Source: Rebecca billardiae RCC1528 (Eukaryota > Protista > Haptophyta). Taken from it: a stretch of DNA of 64,000 bases. Shown here piece by piece: positions 12,192 to 24,700 of this stretch. The stretch lies in the NCBI GenBank assembly GCA_965240325.2, contig OZ251245.1, positions 434,001 through 498,000 of the forward strand, written 5' to 3'. The notes under the pieces are model-generated. The model worked only from the letters and a program-made list of their open reading frames with translations. It made no database searches and was not told where the DNA came from. Both the position numbers and the translations under genes were made by a program. Each line of letters opens with the position of its first letter. Position 1 is the first letter of the stretch.

Positions 12192-13225
12192 GAGGAGCCG
12201 CGCCGCGGCACCAGCCGCACCGTAAGCTCTGCGCGTGGAGCCACACGCCAGCGCGGCGCGCATGGGCGCTGCCGCGCGGCTGAGCGCTGAGCGAGCGCGC
12301 GCCGGCGGTCGACGAGGGCCAAGCGCGGCCCCCGCGCTGGCTGGCTGCCCGCCAGCGGGCGGGCGGGATATTGCGCTGCGGAGCCGGTCGCCTACTGCGG
12401 CTCGCCGACGAGCCGTCGTGACGGTGTGCCGGTGTGGGAGCGGCCATTGCCATTGGCCGAGCACTGCCACTGGCACTTGGCAGCCTACTCGGCCTAGCTG
12501 TGAGAGCGCCAGAGGGGGACCTCCTGACTGGTCGTGTCCCGGTGGGCGTGGGACGACGCCGCGTCGGCACCGGCGGTCGGGCGCCACTGGCACTGACCAC
12601 TCCGGCCGGGCCGGGCCGGCGCGGTGACTGTGACCCACTGGCACTGGCCACTGACCCGTGAGGAGTCTTGGCAAATCGCCCCGCACGTGTCCGGTAGTTA
12701 CAAAAGGGCCGTGTAGTTATGCCGCCTGCCGATTCGGGATTCTGTCGATTCCCCACTTTGATGAATATGTCGTCGAGGTTTTTCACGTTCATCGGGAGAA
12801 AACGAGGGAAATATGAGCAAAGCGCATGGGGTTCTGACTTCGATATTCGGATTGTCTGAGACGCCTAAACTCTGAAGTCGAGTCCTGCTCTATCATAGAG
12901 CTGCCCCCTTCGTGGAAGGGGATCAAACCTGTAGCGACACGAAAAGACCTTCAGCCTGATTCGCCATAATCAATGTCCCGAAATAGCGCACTGCTCCTAT
13001 TGGCACGTACGGTTGGCCGTGGACCCTTGGGGGACCCTCATTCCTACTGCGCGAATGAGCAAAAAATAAGGAGCTCGCGCTGTGGGCGGGTAGCTTTAGC
13101 AGGCCTTTAGCCCACACCCAGCACGACAGCGACGAAAGCTAAGCCGCACTTCCGCTCCAGCCCACGCGCGCCGAAGAGGCGCCCTCACGATCGGCCGCGC
13201 GCGCGACCGACTCCTGCCTGCACAC

Positions 13226-16200
13226 ATGGACGAAGACACCTCCCCCGCCCAGAACGCCGTGACCTACGACGACATCGACCATCTCGTGCAGAAGTGCGCG
13301 CGCGCGCGCAGAGCACGCGCGCGCGCGCGAGCATGCGCGGCGCGCGCATGGCGCCGGGGCGCGCGCGCGTCGGGCGGCAGCTCGCGTGGCGCGCGCGCGC
13401 GCGCGCGCGGCCGGCTCACGGGCCCTTCCCCGCATCCCGCGCGCCCACGCCGCGCCCGCCGCCGCCGTGCGCGCAGCCTCGGATGGTCGGTGCACGACCT
13501 GGACGACATCGACGCCGACGGCGCGCTCCGCGAGGCGATGCGCGGGCAGCAGATGGGCGGCGGCGCGGGGCCGGCGTCGCCGATGGCGTTCGTGGCGCAG
13601 GTGAACGCGCCGCTCGCCGCGCACTCGCGCCAGGTCTCGCTCAACGTGCCCGACCACCACGGCGCCGCGCAGGCGCAGATGATGCCGCCGCCGCCCGCGG
13701 GCGTGTCCGCGGCCGCGCCTCACCACGAGCACTTCTCGCAGCCGGCGCAGCCGCGCGCGCGCACGACGGATGACCTGACGCCGCGCGGGAGCACGCTCGA
13801 GCTCCCCGCCTCGGCGGCGATGCGCCGCTCCAGCGAGCCCGACGGCTCCGCGCGCGCGTCGCAGGCGGCGCTGCGCCGCACGCTCGAAGCGTTCCACCCG
13901 TTTGGCGGCGGCGGCGGCGGCGGCGTCTCGGCGGCGCAGCCGCCCGCGTCGCTGCGGCTGCCGGCGTACACGCCGGCGGGCGTTGCGCCGGGCGGGTACC
14001 CGTGCGCGAGCCCGCACGCCCGCCTCTCGCTCCCGCCCACGCCCGGCTCCTCCTCGTGCACGCCCTCGTCCGAGGGCTCAGAACCGCCGCTCGGGGCTGG
14101 GTACGCGCACCCGCCGCCGCCGCCGCCGGGCGCGTCGGCGGTGGCGGCGCCGTCGTCGCTGGGCAACTTCTTCTGGGAGCGGTGCACCGCGACGAACGAC
14201 CGCGTCCACCGCACCGCCGCCGACGGCATCACCGACCCCAACGCGCTCACCATCGCCGATATCTCGATGGTGCGTCCGTTCATGCAGTCGCAGTCGATGC
14301 TGCACTATTGGTTCCGCACTTGGAAGGTGCCCAGGATCACGATCTCGGTGGCGAACGCGCGCGGCGGCGGTGCGCGCGCGCGCGGCGTGGCGGGCGCGGC
14401 GCGCGCGCGGCGCGGGCGGGTGGCGGCAGCGCGGGGAGCCGCTCAGGCCGAGCGCCCGCGGCGCGCGCGCGCGCTGCCCGCGCCGCGCTCATCCGCTGCC
14501 CACCGGCCGCCCGCCGTCGCCCTCGCGCGCGTGCGCGGCCGCAGGCTCGGGCTGCACCGTGCTGCTCCAGGCCATCACCGTCAGCGCCCCCTCGGACACG
14601 ATCACCCCGGTCGAGCTGCGCGGCACCACGCGCGCGCCGCTCGTGGGCGGCCAGGCCACCTTCTCCGGCCTCATGTTTGGCACCACGTCCTACTCGCACT
14701 CGAACGCGCTGTTCCATCTGCTCGTGCAGGTGTGTGCGTGCGTGTGTGTGTGTGTGTGCACTCGAACGCGCTGTTCCATCTGCTCGTGCAGGTGTGTGCG
14801 TGCGTGTGTGTGTGTGTGTGCACTCGAACGCGCTGTTCCATCTGCTCGTGCAGGTGTGTGCGTGCGTGTGTGTGTGCGTGTGTGTGTGTGTGTGTGTGCG
14901 TGAGTGTGTGTGTGTGTGTGCGTGTGTGCGCGTGTGTGCGCGTGTGTGCGCGTGTGTGCGCGTGTACGCGCGGGAGAGGCGGGGCTAGCGCGCTGCACGG
15001 CGCGCGCACGGCCGCCGCTCACCGCCCCACGCGCCCACACGCGCCCTCTCGCCCTCTCGCGCCCTGCCGCCGCGTGCCGCGCCGCGCGCCGCGCAGGTCG
15101 AGTGCAACGGCGAGGTGCTCGACGCGCGGATCTCGACGGGGATCCACGTCTTCTCCAAGAACAAGGCGCGCTCCTCCACCTCGGGCGGCTCCGCCGGCTC
15201 GGCGGGCGTGCGGCCGCGCACCGGCTCGCAGTGGCTAGAGACCAACCCGGGCGCGGCGTCGCTGTGCGCGCCCGGCAGCGGGCCGTGGTCGAGCTGCCCG
15301 TCGGAGTCAGCCGAGGGCTCGCGCGAGGGCTCGTTCGACAAGTCGCCGAAGCGGCGCGCCTCCGGCCCCTCCTCCTCCGTCAACTCGGGCGCCGCCGACG
15401 TCGACATGGCGAGCCTCGACGGCGCGGGCTCGGCCGATTACGCCGCCATCAGCAAGCGGCAGCGCTCGATGACGCCGCCGGGCGGAGGCGGCTCGGGCTC
15501 GCGCGTGCACACGCCGCCGGCGATCCAGGTGGAGGGCGCGGACGGCGCGGGCGCGCCGAGCGCGCTCCCGTCCGTCGGCGCGATCGCGCGCGCGCGCGCC
15601 GAGCTCGCCGGCTGCGTCCGCCCCGTCCTGTCCAACGGCGGCCTCACCGCCGAGACGGCGCCGAGATCGCGCCGCGGCTCCGACTCCGGCACCTCGCCGC
15701 TCGTGACGCGCGTCGGGCCGCGGATCGACGAGGGAACGGAGGCGGTGGAGGCGCGGCCGCCGCTGTACCTCCGCGCCGCGCCGGACGCGTCGCTCGAGCC
15801 GATCGCCGACCTCCCCGAGTGGCTGCTCGACGCGGACGAGTGCCACACGCTCAAGGACTCGAAGTACATTTGCATGGCGCTGCACCTCGCGCTGCCCGAC
15901 GGCGGCGGCGGCGGCGCGGGCGGCGGCGGCGGCGCGGGCGCGATGGCGGACGCGCTGCTCGAGGGGCTGATGGCCGACGGCGCCGCCGCCGGCCCGACCG
16001 CGTCCTCCGCGCAGCAGCACATCGCCAACCCGCTCAACGTCTCCGTGCGCTACGTCTCCACCAACCTCGACGCTCAGCTCGGAGACGGCGGCTCGCTCGC
16101 CGGCGCGGTCGGGCTGCCGATCAACGCGCTGTTCGAGCAGGCGGACGCGGCGGTGATCGCCGGCGCGCTGTCGAGGCTGTGGGCCGCGGTGGTGGCGGGG

Positions 16201-16923
16201 GACGGCTCGGGCGCCGAGCGGCACTCGTCGGGCGCGGTCGACCTCGGCGAGCGCGCGCTGCGCTCGGCCGCGCTGCCCGGCAACTACGCCGGGCTGCGTG
16301 TGCACCCAGTCCTGCTGTGCACGCCGCCGCCGGCGAGCGCGCAGGGCGACGACGCCTTCGACGGGTGGGAGGGCGAGCGCGCGCGGCCGCACGTCACGCT
16401 GCTGTGCAAGCTGCGCCCGGGGCCGGACGAGCCCGCCGCGCCGCCCGCGGCGCGCGGCGCGCGCTCCGTGCTCTCGGACTGCGGCGACGTGATCGCCCGG
16501 CTCGACGCGCAGCTCCGCGTGTGCTACATCTCGCCCAACTCGGAGGAGCTGACGGGCTACGCGCCACACGAGCTGCTCGGGCTCGAGCTGGGCGGGGGCG
16601 GCTGGCTGCTGCACCCGGACGACGCGCACCAGCTGCGCGCGCAGGCGCTCGAGCGCGCGCCCAACGCGGGCACGCCCTCCGCCAAGTCGCCCGGCCGGCG
16701 GCGCGCCCCCGTGCGCATGCGCGCGCTCGCGCGGATGGCGTGCAAGGGCGTCGACTCGCTCGCGTGGGTCGAGATGGTGCTCACGCACACCTACGCGGCG
16801 CCGCAGCCGAGCGACGCGCCGTTCGGCCCGGGCACGGCGCAGCCCGTGCTCGAGGCGGTGACCGTCTCGATGCGCGAGAAGGAGTGGCGCCCGTTCGACG
16901 ACGTGTGCGCCATGCGCCCATGA
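13226..16923 (+). CDS. Putative sensor transcription factor: Runt/p53-like beta-sandwich domain + C-terminal PAS domain(s); exons 13226-13293, 13477-14369, 14545-14729, 15097-16923
   Basis: Clear PAS motif DVIARLD...YISPNSEELTGYAPHELLG...LLHPDD...WVE, and a more divergent PAS-like stretch upstream (VRYVSTNL...GLPINALFEQAD). The spliced central domain resembles Runt by eye. Introns are GT-AG and frame-consistent. Confidence 0.7.
14696..14965 (+). repeat. 62-bp unit x3 containing the exon end, 5' splice site and (GT)n, followed by a GT/GC microsatellite
   Basis: GCACTCGAACGCGCTGTTCCATCTGCTCGTGCAG|GTGTGTGCGTGCG(TG)n starts at 14696, 14758 and 14820. Confidence 0.9.
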
Positions 16924-19215
16924 CACTTGCCGCCCGGCGCCCGCGGCCGTGCGCGTCAGGCTCGGCGAGCCCGCCGATACGAGCCCGGTGCCGCAGCGGC
17001 GAGACCCGGTTTTCAGTCTCAGCAGCCCCTGCATGAGCCTGCACGCGCTTGCATCTCGTCGGCCCTCTTACTAAGATGCGCGTGCGGCTGTATCAGGCCG
17101 TGTATATGAGCAGCGCTCCGCGAAACTGTGGCCTAGGCTCATTTAATGGCGGGCCGTACCGGTAGGTCCCCCCGGTCGACCACTGGGGACGCTCGGCCGA
17201 AAAAGGGTTCCTGGATGGCGCGGAGCGCGTGGGCGCCGCGCGCCAGATCCAACGCCGGCGTGGGCATCGCGCGAGGATTCCCGAGACGTGTTCTCGCCCG
17301 ATTCGCGATTGCTGCCCTCGTCGTCTCGCGTGTAGGTCGAACGGGGGCCAAAGTCGACGCGTTTGGAGGTACGCACGCGGCGCGTCGACACGATCGTGCG
17401 ACCTGGGGCGGTCCTCGCCTGACTTGCACGTCGAGCGCTCGCACGGGCCATAGTAGCAATCGCTGCGCACGACAACCACCTCGCGCGATCCACCGCCGCG
17501 CGTCAGGCTCGGTGCGGAAAGGCCCTCTTCACGAGGTGTCTCGCGGGCGGGAAGCGCCATCGGCATCGCACGCGACGCAAGATTTGGCGCGGCCTTCTGA
17601 ACTCGATCGCCGGAATCCGCGCACCGGACTGTCGCTCGCGGAGTGGCGGTCCCTCCTCAGCCGAAAGCCCACGTCCGGCGTGCATGGCGTCGAAGGTGAC
17701 CAGGGCGACGGAAGCGCAGCGCCAACGGCGTACGACGCGCAGCGGACGCACCTCCCGGGTCTGTCGCCGTGGTAGCAACCGCGTCTTCGCGAGTTGGCGA
17801 CCCTCGCCGCAGCGCGACACGGACAAGCCCGTGATGCCATCCGCAGAGAGATGCAACGTCGAGCGTGCAACATCGACGCGCCATCCTCGTCCATGGGGCA
17901 GGCGCTGCGGGACGAGGCGGACGTCGTCACGCCGGTGACAGATGCGCTGCGATTCGTGTGCCCGCGTGAGCAGCTCGTGCCCACTCTCGATCGCGAGTGG
18001 CACACGCTGTCGCTGTGCGCGCGCGCGCGCACAACCAACTGCTGCTCGTGCCGCCGAACACGCAGGAGCCAGACCTGTTGAAGAGGCGAAGAGCGACGAC
18101 CGCGTGAACGTCAACGCGCTCGTGCTCAGCGTGGCGGCCGTGTACGACGTCAACGCGACCTGCGCCGGGCCCATCATGCCCGGAGCGGACATCGGCAAGC
18201 ATCCTCGCGACGACCGCTCTCGGCTGTCGGCAGGAGGAAATGCACATCGGATCTACTCTGGCGGCTTCGTCGGGGGCGAGGCGCTCGATTACGCCATCGC
18301 GGTCGAGATGCGGCATATACAGCGCGTACCCGCGCTCGCGCGGAGCAACGGGCTACCCGCCCCGCCCCGTGTGCTGCACTTTCCCTCGTGGGTGCATGGG
18401 CCTTGCTGATGCGCACAGAGTACAGACGTGTACTCACGTCTCACGTGGGAGAACTTCAGGTGTCACTGGCCCTCGCCCTCGGACTGTCCGTCACCCACGG
18501 CCACGAGCAAATGTGGAAAGACGCGAACCCGCAGAGGAAACATTGCGACAGCACTGGCACGGCCCGCCGACCCCCCCCCGCCCGCCCGGGCGGGCGGCAG
18601 TCGTTAGTGTATGATACCGTATAGTCTTACTTTGCATGATTAGCGTCAGAGTAGTTATTATTAATTTATTTATATTCGTCGTCGTCGACGTCGTCAGGCC
18701 CGCCACGGGAAGTGCATGGGTACCAGGTCAAGGACGCCGTGAGCATGTTGGTGTCGGCAAGGGTGTCGCCTACTTGGTCGTCAGCAGCTGGTGGATCGGC
18801 GGACCTGACGATCCGGTCCGCGCGGGTGGCGCCAACTTGGTCAGCGGCTGGTCATGGCTGGTGGATGATGTTCACTGTCGTTATGTCGTAGCCTACTTCG
18901 GGTGGCAGCAGCTCAGGTGGATGATGCTGTGGTGGCCGTAGTTAGTAGCAGTAGCAGAGTAGTACGTTCTAGACGAGTAGTTATTATTGAACTCGCCGTT
19001 GCAGTCAGGACTGGTTCCGGTACTCTAAGTTAAGACTACTAGTTAACTTGTCGTGGGTGGCCAGATGGTCGTGTCGTCGTCATCTCGAATGCTGGGCCTG
19101 ATGAAGATAGTATATCTGCTAGTGATTGATATTCGTCTGGTGAACACAGCTTTAAACAATTTTAATTCGTGAGAAAGCTATAATAATGCAATTATTACTG
19201 CTAAAATATTAAGAT

Positions 19216-21491
19216 GCCTTGCGGCCTTGAGTCCCGGTGGGGCTGGTCGAACACAGCGCGTCTAGGACGCGACGGAGAAGCTTCCCACGGGGCCGGCAGA
19301 CCCGACGACGATGGGACGAGTTGGCCGTTCAGCGCTGAAGTGACGGTATCATCCGGTGGCGCGCCGCAGTCTGAGTCGCGCGTGCGATTAAGCCAGGCGC
19401 GCGGCAGCGCGGCACTTCTGCAAGGCCCACCTCGGCGCACGGCGAGGCGCGCGTCGATGCGGTCGTCGCTGCGCACAGCCGCTCGGGCACGACGGCACGG
19501 CAACGGCCCACCGGCTGTAGGCGCGGGGCGAGCGGCGCAGGCCGGCAGGGCACAACCGACTGCACGGCGTAGACTCCTCGGCTAAGCCGTCGCTGAGCAC
19601 GGCCCGTCGGGCACGACGTGGTACGAGCGGCTCGCGTCGGTGTGCATGTTGTGTTGTGCAGCTCGCGCCGGCGGGCACGCCGGTCCGCGATGGCGCCGCG
19701 AGCCGCGGGCGGCGCGGGTGACGGCTCGAAGGCCGCGCCTGTTGATGACGAGCCAGGGCCAGTAGTAGTAGTCACCGAGGGCACTAGTCGGCAGCGAGCG
19801 GGTGGCTTATGGTAGGCTTGTGGTACGAGCTTCTCCATGACGCTGTTCGTGCACGTCATCTGATGCGGTCGCGGCTGCTTGATCGCCGCCACGTGCCGCT
19901 GGATCTCCGCCAGATCGGCGCAGTTCCTCGCGACGCCGACGATGGCATCCGGCGCTGGGTTCGGCGGAGGCCCGCGGAGCTGTTCCTCGGTCGCGCACGT
20001 GTGTGCGAGCGCGAATGCCGGCAGCGTCAGCGGGGGCCTGGCGGCCTTGTCCCGGTGGGGCTGGTCGAACACAGCGCGTCTAGGACGCGACCGAGAAGCT
20101 TGCCAGGGCCGGCAGACCCGACGACGATGGGACGAATTGGTCGTTCAGCGCTGACTACCCGAGTACCCGTATACCGGTATCACCCGTATCATCCGGTGGC
20201 GCGCGCACGGCGCGCGCGCGGCGCAGCAGCGCGGCACCGCACCGCCACCGCGCTCTGCAAGGCCCATCGAGACGCCGGCGAGGCGCGCGTCGATGCAGTC
20301 GTCGCTGCGCACGAGACCCAGCTCCGACCCCCTTAAGCAGGAATACGGACAATGGACCCCGAAACGTTTTTTGATTAGGCACGCCTCGGGAATCGAGAAC
20401 GCATGTCGTTACCTTTTTGAGCGCGCATCATAGGGACGTCGTTGCGATTCCCACCTATTTGTTGACGCTTTTCTACGACCATCCGCCCCCAAGTCGAGGA
20501 ACCGCGACGCACGTCGCACGTGTGCTTTCGCCGCCGCTGCCGCGTGCGCTCGGCACACACGATTGAGTATGACGAACGAGCGCGCCGCTGCAGGAGGCGA
20601 AGGCCGCGCGCGACACGCAGAATGGCGCTCAACCGGCGTGGCTCGACGACGCTGCCGGCATTCGCGCTCGCACACACGTTGACGTGCGCGACCGAGGAAC
20701 AGCTCCGCGGGCCCGTCCGCCGAACCCAGCGCCGGATGCCATCGTCGGCGTCGCGAGGAACTGCGCCGATCTGGCGGAGATCCAGCGGCACGTGGCGGCG
20801 ATCAAGCAGCTGCGACCGCATCAGATGACGTGCACGAACAGCCTCATGGAGAAGCTCGTACCACAAGCCTACCATAAGCCACCCGCTCGCTGCCGCAGCC
20901 GACTAGTGCCCTCGGACTACTACTACTGGCCCTGGCTCGTCATCAACAGGCGCGGCCTTCGAGCCGTCACCCGCGCCGCCCGCGGCTCGCGGCGCCATCG
21001 CGGACCGGCGTGCCCGCCGGCGCGAGCTGCACAACACAACATGCACACCGACGCGAGCCGCTCGTACCACGTCGTGCCCGACGGGCCGTGCTCAGCGACG
21101 GCTTCAGCAGGAGTCTACGCCGTGCAGTCGGTTGTGCCCTGCCGGCCTGCGCCGCTCGCCCCGCGCCTACAGCCGGGCCACCCGCGGTGCGTGCCGTTGC
21201 CGTGCCGTCGTGCCCGAGCGGCCGTGCGCAGCGACGACCGCATCGACGCGCGCCTCGCCGTGCGCCTCGGTGGGCCTTGCAGAAGTGCCGCGCTATGCCG
21301 CGCCTCGGGCTTCAATCGCACGCGCGACTCAGACTGCGGCGCGCCACCGGATGATACCGTCACTTCAGCGCTGAACGGCCAACTCGTCCCATCGTCGTCG
21401 GGTCTGCCGGCCCTGGGAAGCTTCTCCGTCGCGTCCTAGACGCGCTGTGTTCGACCAGCCCCACCGGGACAAGGCCGCAAGGCCCCCGCTG
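19216..21491. repeat. Long inverted repeat (arms about 19216-20028 and 20648-21483) with an extra direct partial copy at about 20028-20312
   Basis: The roughly 820-bp arms are near-identical reverse complements. The head GTCCCGGTGGGGCTGGTCGAACACAGCGCGTCTAGG recurs at about 19231, about 20049 and (inverted) about 21470. Confidence 0.9.
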
Positions 21492-21713
21492 TTTTACCAT
21501 CTGTAGGCATACTGTAGTGTGCATGGAATCGCCATCGATCATCAGATTATTTGTTGCGTGATGTGTCCCAGACTACGGCCGAAGCAAATCAAGAAATAGA
21601 AGATAGGAGAAGGTAAAGTACTCAAGTGCTCACGGAGAGGATAATAAAGTGCTCACGCCTTCACGAGCTCGCCCCGCGCAGACGGAAATTGCGAGCGACC
21701 CCTGGAAGCAGAG

Positions 21714-24700
21714 ATGGAGGCTTCGGGACCGCCCGCCATGAAGCTCGATGACTCGCGCCAGGCGACGCGCTCCCCGTGGGCGGTGGCAGCCGTCACCATC
21801 GGCATGCTCCTCATCGCCACGGCGAGCAGCGCACCCCAGAAGATCAACACGACGGTGGCGGGCGGCGGCATCCTTGTATATGCTTCCGTCACGCTCGGTC
21901 TCCTTGCGGCCGCCTGGCCCGCCACCGGCTGCCGCACCCGAGCGCAGCGGCCGATTCGTTGCGCCAGCTGGTCCTACGGCCGGCTGGACGCGGCAGGCAC
22001 CGGCTGTGCACCAGCGCTGACGACTGCCACCATGCTCACGATGGCGCGCCTCGCCGCCGCCACTCCGGAAGAAAGCACTTCGATCAGCAGTTTCGCAGAA
22101 TGTATCTCCAACTCGGCAACATGCACTCAATTGTACGCGCGATCTGCCATTGCCGAGGGCCCTCCGTGTGCGCGCTGCTAGCATCGCAGCGGGCACCATG
22201 TCGTGTGTGCGGCCCCCACCCTCGTCTCTCCCCCCCCTCGCCCCCCGCGTGAGCTTCATCCAGTGGTGGCGGTGCTCCTCTATCCGACGTCACGGCTGAG
22301 GGTGCGGTGCTCGCGCGCGTGCACGATGCACAGGGACCTGGATGGCGGCACCATCATCCCGACCGAGATCGGCTCGGTGAGCAGCCTCACCTACATGTAC
22401 GCACGCGCATGCCCGCCAGCCGCCCATCGCTGTGGGCACTATGACATGCCCCCCCTTCCTGTGCGCGCCAGCTGCTGCACGATCTGACATCACTGCTGAG
22501 GGCGCGGTGCTCGCGCGCGTGCGCTACTGCCCGCGCGAGGCACAGGCGCGTGAAATGGACCTATCGCTCCCAAGGCAGTGGCACCATCCCGACCGAGGTG
22601 GGCTCGATGGGCAGCCTCGCCAAGATGTATGCGTGTGCGCCTGCCAGCCGCCCATCACTGCTGGCACCATGCCATCATGGGAGCCACCCCCGTGTGCGCG
22701 CCGGCGGCGGCGCGCCTTCTCGATCCGACGTCACTGCGGAGGGCGCGATGCTCGCACGCGTGCGCTGCCGCCCGCGCGACGCACAGGGAGCTGGAGTCCA
22801 ACAGTGTAACCGGCACCATCCCGACCGAGGTCGGCTCTATGGGCAGCCTCACCATGATGTACGCGCGCGCGCGCCGGCCAGCCGCCCATCCTCCATCGCT
22901 GCGGGCACCACCCATGCCATACGCGCCGCCCCCTTGTGCGCCCCAGTGGCGGCTCGCCTCCTCGATCCGACGTCAGTGCTGAGGGCGCGATGTTCGCGCG
23001 TGTGCGCTGCTGCCCGCGCGACGCACAGGAATCTGCATGAAAGCAGTTTAACCGGCACCATCCCGACAGAGTTCGGCTCGATGGGCAGCCTCACCTACTT
23101 GTATGCACGCACATGCCCGCCAGCCGCCCATCGCTGCTGGCACCATGCCATGCGCGCCGCCCCCTTGTGCGCGCCAGCGGCTGCGCGCCTCCTGGATCCG
23201 ACGCCACTGCTGAGGGCGCGATGCTCGCGCGTGTGCGCTGCTGCCCTCGCGATGCACAGGGACCTGTACCTTCTCAGGGCAAGCGGTACCATCCCAACCG
23301 AGGTCGGCTCTATGGGCAGCCTCACCTACATGTATGCACGCGCATGCCTGCGCGGGCACCATGCATGCCATGCGCGCCGCCCCGTTGTGCACGCCGGCGG
23401 CTGCGTGCCTACTCGATCCGACGTCACTGCTGAGGGCGCGATGCTCGCGCGCGTGCGCTGCTGCCCGCGCGACGCACAGGAAACTGATGGGCAGTTTTCA
23501 TACTTTTCACGGCACCATCCCGACCGAGGTCGGCTCGATGGGCAACCTCACCTACATGTATGCACGCGCATGCCCGCCAGCCGCCTCTCGCTGAGGGCAG
23601 CCGGGCACCATGCCATGCGTGCCGCCCCCTTGCCCCCTTGCGCGCGCCGGCGGCGGCGCGCCTCCTCGATCTGACCTCACTGCTGAGGGTGCGATGCTCG
23701 TGCGCATGCTGCTGCCCGTGCGACGCACAGGCTTCTGAGCAGAGCCAATTCGGGCGGCCCCATCCCGACCGAGATCGGCTCGATGGGCAGCCTCACCTAC
23801 ATGTACGCACGCGCATGCCCGCCAGCCGCCTCCGCTGCGGGTACCATGCCATGCGCGCCGCCACTTTGCCCCCTTGCGGCGCCGGCGGCGGAACGCCTCC
23901 TCGATCTGACGCCACTGCGGAGGGCGCGGTGCTTGCGCGCGTGCACTGCTGCCCGTGCAACGCACAGGCTCGTTTCGCCCTATTTAAGCGGCACCATCCC
24001 GACCGAGGTCGGCTCGATGGGCAGCCTCACCAAGATGTACGCGCGCGTGCGTCCGCCAGCCGCCCATCGCTGCGGGCACCATGCCATACGCGCCGCCCCC
24101 TTGCCCCCTTGCGCGCGCCAGCTGCTGCGCCCCTCCTCGATCCCACGTTGCGGCTGAGGGCGCCGTACTCGCGCGCGTGCGCTGCTGCCCGCGCGACGCA
24201 CAGGGACCTGGACCTGAACAGCCTAAGCGGCACCATCCCAACCGAGGTCGGCTCGATGGGCAGCCTCATCGCAATGTACGCGCGCGCGTGCTCGCCAGCC
24301 GCCTCTCGCTGCGGGCACCATGCTATGCGCGCCGCGCCCCCATGGGCATGTGCGCGCCAGCGGCGGCGCGCCTCGATCCGATGTCACCGCTGAGGGCGCC
24401 ATGTTGCGCAACGCACAGGGACGCTTCGTGGAGCGGTTTAAGCGGCGCCATCCCGACCGAGTTCGGCTCGATGAGCAGCCTCGCCAAGATGTACGCGAGC
24501 GTGCGCTAGCCAGCAGCCCATCGCTGAGGGCAACGCCCCCTTGAGCGCGCCAGCTGCTGCGCCCCTCCTCGATCCCACGTTGCGGCTGAGGGCGCCGTAC
24601 TCGCGCGCGTGCGCTGCTGCCCGCGCGACGCACAGGGACCTGGACCTGAACAGCCTAAGCGGCACCGTCCCGACCGAGGTGGGCTCTATGGGCAGCCTCG

